Notes: generated from the sequence alone by a model not told the origin. 64,000 nt of DNA from an uncultured Nitrospinaceae bacterium (GCA_964558115.1 CAZLCI010000002.1:507-64506), one strand, 5' to 3'. Numbered from the stretch's first letter, positions 48,014-58,507 are shown. Made by a program: numbers and translations.

Positions 48014-49687
48014 ATGCCAGAGATGAAAGGAGCTCGATACATCGGAGAATTTTTAGTTAAATACGGAGTAAGCACCTTTTTTTTTAAACCATCCGTACTA
48101 AGTAAAACTTTAGCGCAAATGGATGATTTGCCTATCAAAAGGGTTTTAACGCACGGAGAAAAATCAGCTGCTTACATGGCGGATGGTTACGCAAGAGCCT
48201 CCGGAAAACCTGGCGTATGCGGTGCGCAAACTGTAGGTGCGGCAAATTTAGCTGCAGGACTCCGCGACGCTTATATGGAGAATAGTCCGGTCATTTCATT
48301 GACGGGGGGGAGATTCCCACACTCGAAACATAAAAGACCTTACCAAGAAATAGATGACTATCCCATTTTCGAACCACTTACTAAAGCAAACTACCAGGTA
48401 GATGAAGTCGAGAGAATCCCTGATCTTATGAGACAAGCTTTTAGAGATGCAACATCAGGGACCCCAGGACCTGTAAATCTTCAGTTTTTGGGTCTTCACG
48501 GAGAAATTGAAAATGATACTGCAGATCTAGAAATGATTGTCGAAGAAGAATTTACGCAAGTTCCTTCTTACAGGTCATATCCAGATCAAGGACTACTTGA
48601 CAAATTACTTGTTAAACTAGAAAACGCAGAACGTCCAGTAATAATCGTCGACTCTGATGCAAGAAGATCCGGCGCTAGGGAAGAGTTATCTTCTCTTTCA
48701 CTTAAACTATCCATCCCAATCGCAACTTCGACTGGAGCGTATGCTCTTATACCAGATGATCATCCTAATTATATCGGAGTGCCTGGAACATATTCGAGAT
48801 CATGTTCAAATGAAATATTATCCAAAGCTGATCTAGTTGTCTTTATTGGGAGCGAAGTTGGAGGTCAAATCACACATTTTTGGAAACTTCCTATTCCAGG
48901 CACAGAAGTTATACAAATTGGAAATAACAGTTCCGAATTCGGAAGAACTTATCCAAATTCTCTATCAGTTTTAGGAGATGTAAAAATCACCATGCGTGAA
49001 CTCTTAAAAAAGATTCAGAAAGATAAAGAACCAACTTCATGGCTTTTAGAATCAAGAACAATAGTAGAAAAATGGAAAAAAGAACAATCTATTTTTAGAG
49101 ATTCAGAATCCTCTCCAATGCGCCCTGAAAGAATAATGAAAGAATTAGGTAGTTCTCTTCCAGAAAATGCTCTCTTAGTCTGTGATACTGGACATTCCGC
49201 CTTATGGGTAACACAACAATTATGGATGAATAGTAAATCATGGGATATGATCAGATGCGCTGGCTCTCTTGGATGGGCATTTCCTGCGTCCATTGGAGCA
49301 AAATGTGCTCTACCCGATCGTCCTGTTGTTTGTTTCACAGGAGATGGTGGTTTTTGGTATCATATTCAAGAAATTGAAACTGCTGCAAGATGTAAAATAC
49401 CGTCTGTAACTGTTGTAAATAATAATCATTCAATGAATCAAGAAATAAATGTATACACTGCTGCTTATGATGGAAAACCATCTGATAAGTGGGGAGATAT
49501 GTGGATTTTCAATAAAGTTAATTTCTCCAAAATTGCAGATGAAATGGGTGCTCAAGGGATTAGAGTCGAGGATCCAAATGAAATATCATCAGCTTTAGAC
49601 AAAGGGCTTAATACGCATGACAAACCAACGATTATTGAAGTGATCTCTGATATAGATGCCTTAGCTCCTAAAACATGGATGCCTTAA
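48014..49687 (+). CDS. thiamine-pyrophosphate enzyme, acetolactate-synthase/benzoylformate-decarboxylase-like
   Basis: 557 aa; the TPP N-terminal Pyr domain (…HGEKSAAYMADGYARASGKPGVC…) and C-terminal PP domain (GDGGFWYHIQEIETA…N). Paralogous to 54305-55993. Confidence 0.8.
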   Translation: MPEMKGARYIGEFLVKYGVSTFFFKPSVLSKTLAQMDDLPIKRVLTHGEKSAAYMADGYARASGKPGVCGAQTVGAANLAAGLRDAYMENSPVISLTGGRFPHSKHKRPYQEIDDYPIFEPLTKANYQVDEVERIPDLMRQAFRDATSGTPGPVNLQFLGLHGEIENDTADLEMIVEEEFTQVPSYRSYPDQGLLDKLLVKLENAERPVIIVDSDARRSGAREELSSLSLKLSIPIATSTGAYALIPDDHPNYIGVPGTYSRSCSNEILSKADLVVFIGSEVGGQITHFWKLPIPGTEVIQIGNNSSEFGRTYPNSLSVLGDVKITMRELLKKIQKDKEPTSWLLESRTIVEKWKKEQSIFRDSESSPMRPERIMKELGSSLPENALLVCDTGHSALWVTQQLWMNSKSWDMIRCAGSLGWAFPASIGAKCALPDRPVVCFTGDGGFWYHIQEIETAARCKIPSVTVVNNNHSMNQEINVYTAAYDGKPSDKWGDMWIFNKVNFSKIADEMGAQGIRVEDPNEISSALDKGLNTHDKPTIIEVISDIDALAPKTWMP

Positions 49688-49744
49688 ATTATTAACATAA
49701 AGCTTCTAAACAAAAAAATATTTTTAAATTGATGCGAGGGGAAA

Positions 49745-50935
49745 ATGTCCAAAAACAATTTACCATTATCTAGATTTAAAGTTCTCGATTTAACTACCGC
49801 CAGATCTGGCCCAACTGCCGTAAAACAACTCGCAGACTGGGGTGCAGATGTTATTAAAATTGAACCTTCAAGAAAAATTATTGCTTCTGGAGGTGGATTG
49901 TCCAGAGATAGGCATGGATATGAAATGCAAAATCTTCACAGAAACAAACGAGGTATGACATTAAATCTTAAAAGCAAAGAAGGTAAAGAGATTTTTTATA
50001 ATCTTGTTAAAAATTCAGACGTAGTCATAGAAAATTATCGTCCAGATGTCAAAAATCGCTTAAAAATAGATTACGAAACTTTAAAATCCATAAATAACAA
50101 AATAATTTTAGGAAGTATTTCAGGTTTTGGTCAATTTGGTCCGTATTCTAGTCGTCCGGGTTTAGATCAGATTGCTCAAGGGTTAAGTGGATTGATGTCT
50201 GTAACTGGAATGCCCGAAAATGGACCAACAAGAGTAGGTGTTCCAATCGGAGATCTCACCGCAGGAATGATGTTAGCACAAGGCATTCTTCTAGCTTTAT
50301 TAGAACGAGAGAAATCGGGTGAAGGTCAATGGGTACATACATCCCTTTTAGAGGGTCTGATTCAAATAATGGATTTACAAGCTGCTCGTTTCTTAATGGC
50401 AGGAGAAGTACCCAAACAAGTAGGTAATCTGCACCCGGTCTATTTACCAACTGGAGTTTTTCCAACTTCTGATTCTTCTATGAATATACAATCCCCTGGT
50501 CAGGTTTTTTGGAAAAGATTAAGTGCTGCCTTGGGGAAACCGGATCTTTATGACGATAAAGATTTTAAAACCCCAGAAGACCGATGGGAAAATAAAGATA
50601 GATTAAATAAAGAAATCTCAGAATTAACGATGAAAAAAACTACAGCAGAATGGGTTGAAATACTTAATGACGCCGGAGTACCTTGTGGCCCAATTCACAG
50701 AGTTAATGAGACATTTGCAGATCCTCAAGTTCAGCATCTAAATATGAATCCTGAACTAGAACACCCTGTGATCGGAAAGATAAATGTTGTAGGACAGGCA
50801 ATTAAATTAAGTAGGACTCCGCAAAAAATGCGATTTACTACTCCGGAAATTGGAGAACATAACGATGAAATCCTGTCTGAGTTGAAATACAGTGAAGAGG
50901 ATATCGAAAAATTCAAACAAGAGGATATAATCTAA
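49745..50935 (+). CDS. family III CoA-transferase (CaiB/BaiF family)
   Basis: 396 aa; N-terminal VLDLTTARSGPTAVKQLADWGADVIKIE and a catalytic Asp region; paralogue of 37129-38337. Confidence 0.85.
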   Translation: MSKNNLPLSRFKVLDLTTARSGPTAVKQLADWGADVIKIEPSRKIIASGGGLSRDRHGYEMQNLHRNKRGMTLNLKSKEGKEIFYNLVKNSDVVIENYRPDVKNRLKIDYETLKSINNKIILGSISGFGQFGPYSSRPGLDQIAQGLSGLMSVTGMPENGPTRVGVPIGDLTAGMMLAQGILLALLEREKSGEGQWVHTSLLEGLIQIMDLQAARFLMAGEVPKQVGNLHPVYLPTGVFPTSDSSMNIQSPGQVFWKRLSAALGKPDLYDDKDFKTPEDRWENKDRLNKEISELTMKKTTAEWVEILNDAGVPCGPIHRVNETFADPQVQHLNMNPELEHPVIGKINVVGQAIKLSRTPQKMRFTTPEIGEHNDEILSELKYSEEDIEKFKQEDII

Positions 50936-50939
50936 AATC

Positions 50940-51713
50940 TTAAATCATAATAATTCCACCATTTACATCTAAGGTTACACCGGTAATGTAACTTGCTTCA
51001 CGACTACATAAAAATAGTATTGGCCAAGCGATTTCTTCAGGATCACACATTCTACCCAAAGGGGAGTTCTGTTTTATTCTGTCCATCTGTTCTTCTGTTC
51101 TCATTGCAATAGTTCTAGGTGTATTCACATTTGCAGGAGCAACAGAATTTACTGTAATTCCAAAAGGTCCAAATTCTTTTGCTGCTTGTCTTGTTAATGA
51201 GAGCAAACCACCTTTAGAAGCGGTATAATGAGGGGAATGTGCGGCAGCACGAGCGGCGGCACTTGAAAGAGAAATAATTCTTCCATAATTGTTTTTTTTC
51301 ATAACTGGAGTTACTGCTTTCAGCAACAAAAAAAAACTTTTTAAATTATTATCCACAATATTATCCCACTCATCTACAGGAAGATCTGTGAGTGAAATAT
51401 ATTTTGGAAAACCACCTGCACTGTGGACTAAAGAATGTATATGTCCCTCTTCATTTTCAATTTTTTTGACTGCTTCTTTAATAGAAAGCCAATTAGTTAA
51501 ATCAAGACAGGAAACAAGAGCTTTACCTCCAGAATCAGATATATCATCAGCGACTCTCTCAGCACCTTTTTTATCGAAGTCCATAATTACAACATTTGCA
51601 CCTCGCGATGCAAATAATTTTGCACACATCTCGCCTATTCCAGTTGCTGCACCAGTAACAACTGCTACCTCACCATCAAAATTCATAATTAATGGATCAC
51701 GTTTATTCATCAT
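50940..51713 (-). CDS. short-chain dehydrogenase/reductase (SDR)
   Basis: 257 aa; TGAATGIG cofactor motif, NNAG, and the S…YxxxK catalytic triad (YTASK). Confidence 0.8.
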   Translation of the reverse strand: MMNKRDPLIMNFDGEVAVVTGAATGIGEMCAKLFASRGANVVIMDFDKKGAERVADDISDSGGKALVSCLDLTNWLSIKEAVKKIENEEGHIHSLVHSAGGFPKYISLTDLPVDEWDNIVDNNLKSFFLLLKAVTPVMKKNNYGRIISLSSAAARAAAHSPHYTASKGGLLSLTRQAAKEFGPFGITVNSVAPANVNTPRTIAMRTEEQMDRIKQNSPLGRMCDPEEIAWPILFLCSREASYITGVTLDVNGGIIMI

Positions 51714-51722
51714 TCTGATTTT

Positions 51723-52616
51723 CTAATCAAATCTTTCAGGCAAACCAGCCATTTTTCTTAAAACCTCAAAAACTGCCACAGAATCTCTCTCAGCATGACC
51801 ATTTTCATACGCATTCTGTGCCAATTGAGACCATATACTAGTCATCAACATTGGAGAACCAAATCTTTGTCCTTGTTCTAACATCAACCTTGAATCCTTT
51901 AAAGAAATTTTGATCAGTCCTTCTGGACTATAATCTCCATTTATCATTTTAGGACCTTTATCTATCATCGTTTTCGATGAACATGCACCGTCTTGAAGTA
52001 CTTCAAGTAAGTTATTTAACTCCATACCAGCTTTTGTTCCTAAGGACAGAGCCTCGGCGAGTGCAAGTCGATTACCTGCAAGAACTAAATTTATAATCAA
52101 TTTTGTCAGGGCTCCAGAACCAACCGCACCCATCAAGTAAGAAGCACGACTAAATCCATCAAAATATGGTTTGCAAGCATCAAAATCTTCTTGTTCCCCT
52201 CCTGCAATAATTATCAAATCTTTTTTCCAGGCCATTGCGCTTGTCCCACTAACCGCAGCATCAAGAAAACGGATTCCTTTCTCTGCCAATTCTTTTCCTA
52301 AACGCTCTGAATCCTCAGGTCTTGAGGTAGTAGCATCAGCTAGTATAAGACCTTCTTTTGCACTTTCCATGATTCCATTATTACCAAAAATTACTTCTCT
52401 AACTATATCGCTAGTAGGTAGAGAAGTTATCAACCAATTTACTCCATCTGCGGCAGTTGATGGAGAGTCGGCAGAAATACCACCTCTTTCTACAAATTCG
52501 TCAACTCTCTTTCCATCTAGATCGAAACCCTGCACTTCATAACCTGCATCAAGAAGATTTCCTGAAATAGCTGAACCCATCAATCCGATTCCTACAATAC
52601 CAACACGTTCTGACAT
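51723..52616 (-). CDS. NAD(P)-dependent 3-hydroxyacid dehydrogenase (3-hydroxyisobutyrate-dehydrogenase/6-PGDH-like family)
   Basis: 297 aa; N-terminal VGIVGIGLMGSAISGNL and the HIBADH-type catalytic Lys region (GxxxxGxxxK: GSGALTKLIIN). Confidence 0.8.
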   Translation of the reverse strand: MSERVGIVGIGLMGSAISGNLLDAGYEVQGFDLDGKRVDEFVERGGISADSPSTAADGVNWLITSLPTSDIVREVIFGNNGIMESAKEGLILADATTSRPEDSERLGKELAEKGIRFLDAAVSGTSAMAWKKDLIIIAGGEQEDFDACKPYFDGFSRASYLMGAVGSGALTKLIINLVLAGNRLALAEALSLGTKAGMELNNLLEVLQDGACSSKTMIDKGPKMINGDYSPEGLIKISLKDSRLMLEQGQRFGSPMLMTSIWSQLAQNAYENGHAERDSVAVFEVLRKMAGLPERFD

Positions 52617-52660
52617 ACTATAACCTCCAGTATTAAATTCTTTTGAAATTAAAAAGTGAC

Positions 52661-54286
52661 CTATCTAGGAATAAACGGAACAATCAGTCTAGATTGATCC
52701 TTCCCAGTTAAAATAGTGTTCGTGACTGACCTCGGAATTGGTTCATGTGTGTAAATTAGATTTGTGACTGGATCGCAAGATGAAATTTCTAATTTTAATA
52801 AATGTCCCTCAAGAAATAAATTACAAGTAGGAACTATTTCAATTTCGTACTCGTAAACTTCCCCTGGAACTATCAATTCCACTTTATCATGTGGGTGCCA
52901 AGGCCTCCAACTCTTACTTTTTTCTAAATCTAATGCCCTATGCGAAGCTTTTAAAAATCCACGGGTTAAAGTTTTCTCAGATCCATCTCGAAATTCATCT
53001 TTAATAAAAATAAACCAATCCGTATCATCCTGATCAGAAATTGCAAACAATTTGAGTACAAGAGGTCCTGTAATTTCAAATGGTTTTGTAGCAGGTTCAG
53101 TTTTAAAAACTAATTTTGGTTCACCGAATTTTGACTCTGGCGTTCCAGGAATAAATTTATAACTTCTCTCTCCAGAAGAGGAAACATTTCCAGTAAGCTT
53201 TTCACCATCAAGAAAAAGTTCCTTCCATTCCGTTCTCTCTAATGGCCATTCTTTCTCAGTCCTCCAAGTATTTTCCCCTTGAATAAAGATATTAATCGGA
53301 GGACCATCAGTTACTCCTGTATCCAATCCTTTTAAAAAATGGTCATACCATCGAAGAGCCTCAAAATGATATACCCCAAAAGGTCTTCTAGGCTGGGGTT
53401 CAGGACCAATCAACATTCTTTTTGTAGTGCTTTGGGGTATAAAATCCCAACCCTCAAATGCTCCTCTTAAATGAAGACCATAAAAATTCCAGTCACATCC
53501 AAGATATGTAGGGACTTGTATTTTGCTTAAATTAGACCATGAAGACCGTTCCTGAAAGTATTCACAATCAAGAGGATCATTTCCACCTAAAACACGGTTA
53601 AAATGGTAATTAAAACCCGAGAGATCTTTTACTCGACCACTTGTATGATTTAAGAACATTAAACTCGTGAACCAGAAACGTGCCCAAGCTGAATAGATCC
53701 CTCCATGATAGTAGGCATCACGATATAAGTCTGTCATTGCATCATAGGGAAAGATTGCAGAAAGTCCTTCCGGTTGCTGTTCCGCCGCAAGTAATTGACT
53801 CATCCCAAAATAAGAGCATCCAATCATACCTACTTTACCATTACACCATGGTTGATTAGCAATAAACTCAATCATCTCTTTTAAATCTTTTTGTTCTTCT
53901 GGACCCCAATGATCCCATGAACCTCCGGAATCGTTAGACCCTCTAACATCTGCAATAACTTGCACATATCCCCTGGGAACCCAAAATTCAGTTAACCCTG
54001 CCTCGTTTTGTCCGATAGGAACGATAGTCGGCTGTAGTTGTCGAGTATATGGAGACCAAGAAAGAAGAGCTGGAAATTTTTCACCGGGAACATTTGGTCT
54101 ATACACATCATAAGAAATATCTATGCCATCTCTTACTGTGAGTGTTTTTGAATTTTCTATAAAAACAGAATATTTAGGAAGAGAAATTTCTCTACTCTTG
54201 GGTTCTTCATTGAAAGGGTATTGCGGCCAGGATGATGGATTAACAGTTCGTATACTTTCCGGATTCACTTTAGGAAATTGAATCAC
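52661..54286 (-). CDS. CocE/NonD-family alpha/beta hydrolase (paralogue)
   Basis: 541 aa; about 50% identical to 29252-30898 over its length, the same GCSYFG nucleophile elbow. Confidence 0.7.
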   Translation of the reverse strand: MIQFPKVNPESIRTVNPSSWPQYPFNEEPKSREISLPKYSVFIENSKTLTVRDGIDISYDVYRPNVPGEKFPALLSWSPYTRQLQPTIVPIGQNEAGLTEFWVPRGYVQVIADVRGSNDSGGSWDHWGPEEQKDLKEMIEFIANQPWCNGKVGMIGCSYFGMSQLLAAEQQPEGLSAIFPYDAMTDLYRDAYYHGGIYSAWARFWFTSLMFLNHTSGRVKDLSGFNYHFNRVLGGNDPLDCEYFQERSSWSNLSKIQVPTYLGCDWNFYGLHLRGAFEGWDFIPQSTTKRMLIGPEPQPRRPFGVYHFEALRWYDHFLKGLDTGVTDGPPINIFIQGENTWRTEKEWPLERTEWKELFLDGEKLTGNVSSSGERSYKFIPGTPESKFGEPKLVFKTEPATKPFEITGPLVLKLFAISDQDDTDWFIFIKDEFRDGSEKTLTRGFLKASHRALDLEKSKSWRPWHPHDKVELIVPGEVYEYEIEIVPTCNLFLEGHLLKLEISSCDPVTNLIYTHEPIPRSVTNTILTGKDQSRLIVPFIPR

Positions 54287-54304
54287 CGCATTCCTCCAAA
54301 ATCT

Positions 54305-55993
54305 CTAAAATTCTGAATATGCTCCCGGAGCAAGCGCTTTAATATCAGTAACAACGTCTACAATAATGGGACCAGTTTTTGTTTTTAATGCTGTCTGAAG
54401 TTTTGGTTTAAGATCTTTCTCTTTTTCAATTCGAATCCCTTTAGCACCCATAGATTTGGCAACTTGCACAAAATTAGTTTTCTCAAAATGCCAAAGTTCA
54501 TGTGCTTTACCGTGCTGTTTTCCACCATATGCATCATCAAATATTTTAGTTTCTTGATTTTGGGAACTATTGTTATTCACAAGAATAACAACTGGGATTT
54601 TCCAACGAACAGCCGTCTCAATTTCTCCTATATGATACCAAAATCCCGCATCCCCAGTAAAAAGAACGACTGGACGATCGGGCGCAGCACACTTAGCTCC
54701 CATCGCGGCAGGAAAACCCCAACCCAAATGACCCGCAGCTCTTATAAAACTATGCTTGTCTCCATTTAAATCAAGGAAACCACCTGTCCACATTCCAGAA
54801 TGTCCTGTATCAGACAAAAGAATTGAATCGTTTGGCAAAATATCTGAAAGAACCTGACATACTCTCTCAGGCCTTATGGGATTCTTCTTTGAGTTCAATA
54901 ATGGAGCATATTCTTTTCTCCAATTTGAAACTATTTTACTAAACCTCTTATTCCAATTTACTCTCTTTTCATTTTGACTATCATCACAAAATTCAATTAA
55001 TTTACTTAAGGAAACTTTTGCATCTCCGTGAATAGATGCTTGTAAAGGATAATTCCTTCCAAGTTCCTCTGGATCTATATCTAATTGAATAGCAGATACT
55101 CCAATCTTAGGAACCTTCCAAAAATGAGTAGTCATTCCACCAGTTTGTGTTCCTACAAAGAAAACAAGATCAGCCTCTGAAACAACCTGGTTCGCACTTC
55201 TTCTAGAATAACTACCGACAACACCAACAGATAGTTGATGGTTCCCTGGAATAACTTCTTTCGCATTCATCGAAGTAGCAACTGGGATAGAAAGTTTTTC
55301 TGCAAGCTCGACTAGTTCCTTATGGGCTAGAGAAGTACGTACACCTCCACCACAAACAATAACAGGCTTTTTACTAGAACTAAGAATTTTTGCCGCTTTT
55401 TTTAACGAATTAATACTGGGCTCTGGACGGTAAGCAGGAGTACTCGTAAACTCTTTTTCTACAACAAGTTTAAGATTTCCTTTTTTCTGTTCTATTTGAC
55501 CTAAATTTCCAGCAAATCTCAAATGAACTGGTCCAGGCGTACCTGATGTAGCTACTCTAAAAGCTTGCCTTAGTAAATCTGGAAATCTTTCAACATCATC
55601 CACATACGCATTAAATTTCGTAACTGGATCGAACGCAGAAATATCTTCTACTTCTTGATATGGATTTCTATAACGTATCGATGGAGTTGTCCCACCTGTA
55701 AAAGCTATCACAGGAGAGCAACCTAAATAGGCCTCTCTAAGTCCCGCAGCAAGATTTACTCCTCCCACAATTTGCGCCATACAAATACCAGGACGTCCAG
55801 AAATTCGAGCATAAGCATCAGCCATATATGCAGCAGACTTTTCTCCGTGTGTCAAAACTCTAGAAATTCCTGTGTTCTTTTTATCCATTTGGGCCAAAGA
55901 ATGACTCAGAATTGTAGGGACGAAAAAAATATGCGTGACACCATATGCTTTCATAGTATCCGCCATAAACTCTGCACCTGACATTCTTGGCAT
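54305..55993 (-). CDS. thiamine-pyrophosphate enzyme, acetolactate-synthase-like (paralogue)
   Basis: 562 aa; about 55% identical to 48014-49687 (VLTHGEKSAAYMADAYARISGRPGIC…; GDAGFWYHIGEIETA). Confidence 0.8.
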   Translation of the reverse strand: MPRMSGAEFMADTMKAYGVTHIFFVPTILSHSLAQMDKKNTGISRVLTHGEKSAAYMADAYARISGRPGICMAQIVGGVNLAAGLREAYLGCSPVIAFTGGTTPSIRYRNPYQEVEDISAFDPVTKFNAYVDDVERFPDLLRQAFRVATSGTPGPVHLRFAGNLGQIEQKKGNLKLVVEKEFTSTPAYRPEPSINSLKKAAKILSSSKKPVIVCGGGVRTSLAHKELVELAEKLSIPVATSMNAKEVIPGNHQLSVGVVGSYSRRSANQVVSEADLVFFVGTQTGGMTTHFWKVPKIGVSAIQLDIDPEELGRNYPLQASIHGDAKVSLSKLIEFCDDSQNEKRVNWNKRFSKIVSNWRKEYAPLLNSKKNPIRPERVCQVLSDILPNDSILLSDTGHSGMWTGGFLDLNGDKHSFIRAAGHLGWGFPAAMGAKCAAPDRPVVLFTGDAGFWYHIGEIETAVRWKIPVVILVNNNSSQNQETKIFDDAYGGKQHGKAHELWHFEKTNFVQVAKSMGAKGIRIEKEKDLKPKLQTALKTKTGPIIVDVVTDIKALAPGAYSEF

Positions 55994-56040
55994 AAAAAAC
56001 TCCTTATCTCTTTTTAACTTTCTGAAACAACAATTTATTT

Positions 56041-56835
56041 TTATAGGCCTATCATCGCCTTAGCTTCATCAACCGAAGCGATTTCTCTACCCAATAATTT
56101 TGCTATATTAGCTATCCGATTTACATGCTCTGGATTATCTCCAAAAACGCCCGGGGTTAGAAATGGCTCATCCTCTGTTCCGACACGAACATGACCACCT
56201 TCCATGACAGCCATAGTCTCTAAATGAAGATGAGTATTACCCGTTACGCTTGTTATATATATTGAGTCCTCAGGAAGTGCAGAAACTCTATGCAAAAATT
56301 CTTTCATCGTTGCTGGAGACCATGCACCACCAGGCCTGCCAAAAAATACTGTCATTAGAACTGGAGTTTTAATTAGATCTTTCTCTAACAAATCATTAAT
56401 CATCCATAATTCCCCGATACTAAATACTTCAAACTCTGGTTTCACATTATAGTCAGCGCAAAGTTTCATCATATCTGCAATTTCATCTCGGGGATGTAAC
56501 ATCATAACGTCACCCTGAAGAAAAGCCATATTATGAGCTCCAACTGCAACAGACATCATTTCAGGCTTAAACTTCACTACTTCACGCCTTTGCTCAAGGG
56601 TCTGCGTAGAAATACCATACTGCAACATAACGGGACAAGAATCACGAATGGCTTTTGTATGATTTTCCCAAGCTTCATAATTTGTAGGAGGAGCATGGAT
56701 ATGAGCGATACAAGAACCTGCTTCCCATCCTTTTTTAACGGAACTAGCTAAAACCTCCGAATCGTGAAATCTTTTTTCAACACCTTCGTGCATAGATGTA
56801 TCTGCTGCACAATTGATAATCATAAGTTTTGACAT
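56041..56835 (-). CDS. BKACE-family (DUF849) beta-keto-acid cleavage enzyme (3-keto-5-aminohexanoate cleavage enzyme-like)
   Basis: 264 aa; a C-terminal GGHVRVGTEDEPF…G.N.E.V.R.A.IA…GRE.A…EA…GL signature typical of BKACE. Confidence 0.7.
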   Translation of the reverse strand: MSKLMIINCAADTSMHEGVEKRFHDSEVLASSVKKGWEAGSCIAHIHAPPTNYEAWENHTKAIRDSCPVMLQYGISTQTLEQRREVVKFKPEMMSVAVGAHNMAFLQGDVMMLHPRDEIADMMKLCADYNVKPEFEVFSIGELWMINDLLEKDLIKTPVLMTVFFGRPGGAWSPATMKEFLHRVSALPEDSIYITSVTGNTHLHLETMAVMEGGHVRVGTEDEPFLTPGVFGDNPEHVNRIANIAKLLGREIASVDEAKAMIGL

Positions 56836-56860
56836 TAATAATCCCTCATTACTAAAAAAT

Positions 56861-57610
56861 TTAATTAAGCCCTAGAATCTGTTTGGTTTCCTCAACAGTT
56901 GCAGGTTCTCTTCCTAGTTCTTTTGAAATTCGGACCATTCTCGAAACAAGTTGTGCATTATCCTCAGCCAAAACTCCTTTAGTATAATAAGGTTCATCCT
57001 CCGTACCAACTCGGACATGACCTCCTTGAATAATAGAAACCGTTTCTAAAGCAACATTACTCAAACCAGCAGCACTAACAGAGAAAACAGAATTTGCAGG
57101 TAAATGTTCAATGCGATGCAGTAATTCTTTTAAAGTTGCTGGAGACCAAAATCCGCCTGGCCATCCGAAAAATATGGTCAAAACAACTGGATTTTTTACT
57201 AAATCTTTCTCTAAAAGCCATTCTAAATTCCATAAATGTCCCAAATTAAAACACTCAAATTCTGGATGCACTCCATTGTCATTGAATAGTCGTACCTGAT
57301 CTTCAATTTCCTGTCTTGAATGCTCAACTAAGAGATCTGCATCAACAAACGCAAAATCATGAGAACCAAGAGCGATGGAAGCCATATCAGGTTTCAAATG
57401 AACTATTTTCTTTCTTCCTGGCAAACCCATAGCAGCTATTCCGAATTGAATGAGAATTTCAGGACAAGCTTCTCGTACTGCATTCGTAAAAGGTTCCCAA
57501 CTATCTAACTGCATTGGAATTCCATGAATATGTGCTATCGAAGCACCTGCGTCGTAACTTGCCTTAATTTCACTTGCAAGGGATTCCGCAGTCTGAAGAC
57601 GTTTTGGCAC
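56861..57610 (-). CDS. BKACE-family (DUF849) beta-keto-acid cleavage enzyme, paralogue; annotated start probably too short
   Basis: 249 aa from a GTG. The same BKACE C-terminal signature (GGHVRVGTEDEPYY…GREPATVEETKQILGL). The conserved N-terminal strand (…KLIITNCAADS…, cf. the paralogue's LMIINCAADTS) is encoded in-frame upstream of the GTG, up to a TAG at 57679-57677, with no ATG/GTG/TTG available. Confidence 0.65.
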   Translation of the reverse strand: MPKRLQTAESLASEIKASYDAGASIAHIHGIPMQLDSWEPFTNAVREACPEILIQFGIAAMGLPGRKKIVHLKPDMASIALGSHDFAFVDADLLVEHSRQEIEDQVRLFNDNGVHPEFECFNLGHLWNLEWLLEKDLVKNPVVLTIFFGWPGGFWSPATLKELLHRIEHLPANSVFSVSAAGLSNVALETVSIIQGGHVRVGTEDEPYYTKGVLAEDNAQLVSRMVRISKELGREPATVEETKQILGLN

Positions 57611-57706
57611 ACCTGGATGCTTACGACTATCTGCTGCACAATTAGTTATTATTAACTTTTCGATTTTAACTTCCTCCTACAATAGAAAAGATTGAAAATA
57701 TAATCA

Positions 57707-58477
57707 TTAATCAATACTACTTTCAGCGTATAATAAACCTCTAATTCTTTGGGTTAACGAAACAAATTCGGGATCTCCCATTGTCTTAAGATCTCGAGGA
57801 CGTGGAATATCTACTGGAATAATCTCCGCAATTTTTCCTGGTCTTGCAGTCATGACAACAATTCGATCTCCTAGAAAAACAGCCTCTGGAATACTATGAG
57901 TGATAAAGAAAACTGTTTTTTTACTTTCCAACCAAATTCTCTGTAGTTCTAGATTCATCTGTTCTCTTGTCATAGCGTCCAAAGCACCAAAAGGTTCATC
58001 CATAAGCAAAAGACTTGGATCATGTATTAATGCTCTAATTATAGAGTTTCTTTGTTTCATTCCACCTGATAATTCATGAGGGAATTTATCTTCAAATCCA
58101 TCAAGACCAACCAAATTGATTAATTCTTTAGCTCTTTTAATTGTCACTTCTGAATCAAGTTTTAAGATTTCAGAGGGAAGAAGCGTATTTTGTAGTACAG
58201 TTCTCCAGAGAAGAAGAACAGGGTCTTGAAAAACAATTCCAACATCATTTCGAGGACCTTCAATCGCAGTATTATTTAAAGTGGCAACACCGGATGTTTT
58301 TGCTAAGAGACCACTTAAAATTTTTAATAATGTACTTTTTCCACATCCACTAGGACCAACAACAGAAATAAACTCTCCTTCAGAAATATCCAAATTTATA
58401 TCAGATAGAGCATGGACAATTTCACCAGTCGAGGTGATGTATTCCTTTTCTAAATTTTTAACAGAAATGTAAGACAT
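57707..58477 (-). CDS. ABC transporter ATP-binding protein (NitT/TauT-type)
   Basis: 256 aa; Walker A GPSGCGKST, ABC signature LSGGMKQR, Walker B LLLMDEPFGALD. Confidence 0.85.
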   Translation of the reverse strand: MSYISVKNLEKEYITSTGEIVHALSDINLDISEGEFISVVGPSGCGKSTLLKILSGLLAKTSGVATLNNTAIEGPRNDVGIVFQDPVLLLWRTVLQNTLLPSEILKLDSEVTIKRAKELINLVGLDGFEDKFPHELSGGMKQRNSIIRALIHDPSLLLMDEPFGALDAMTREQMNLELQRIWLESKKTVFFITHSIPEAVFLGDRIVVMTARPGKIAEIIPVDIPRPRDLKTMGDPEFVSLTQRIRGLLYAESSID

Positions 58478-58507
58478 TTTTAAATTTCAATTTTAAGTTT
58501 TAAAAAA

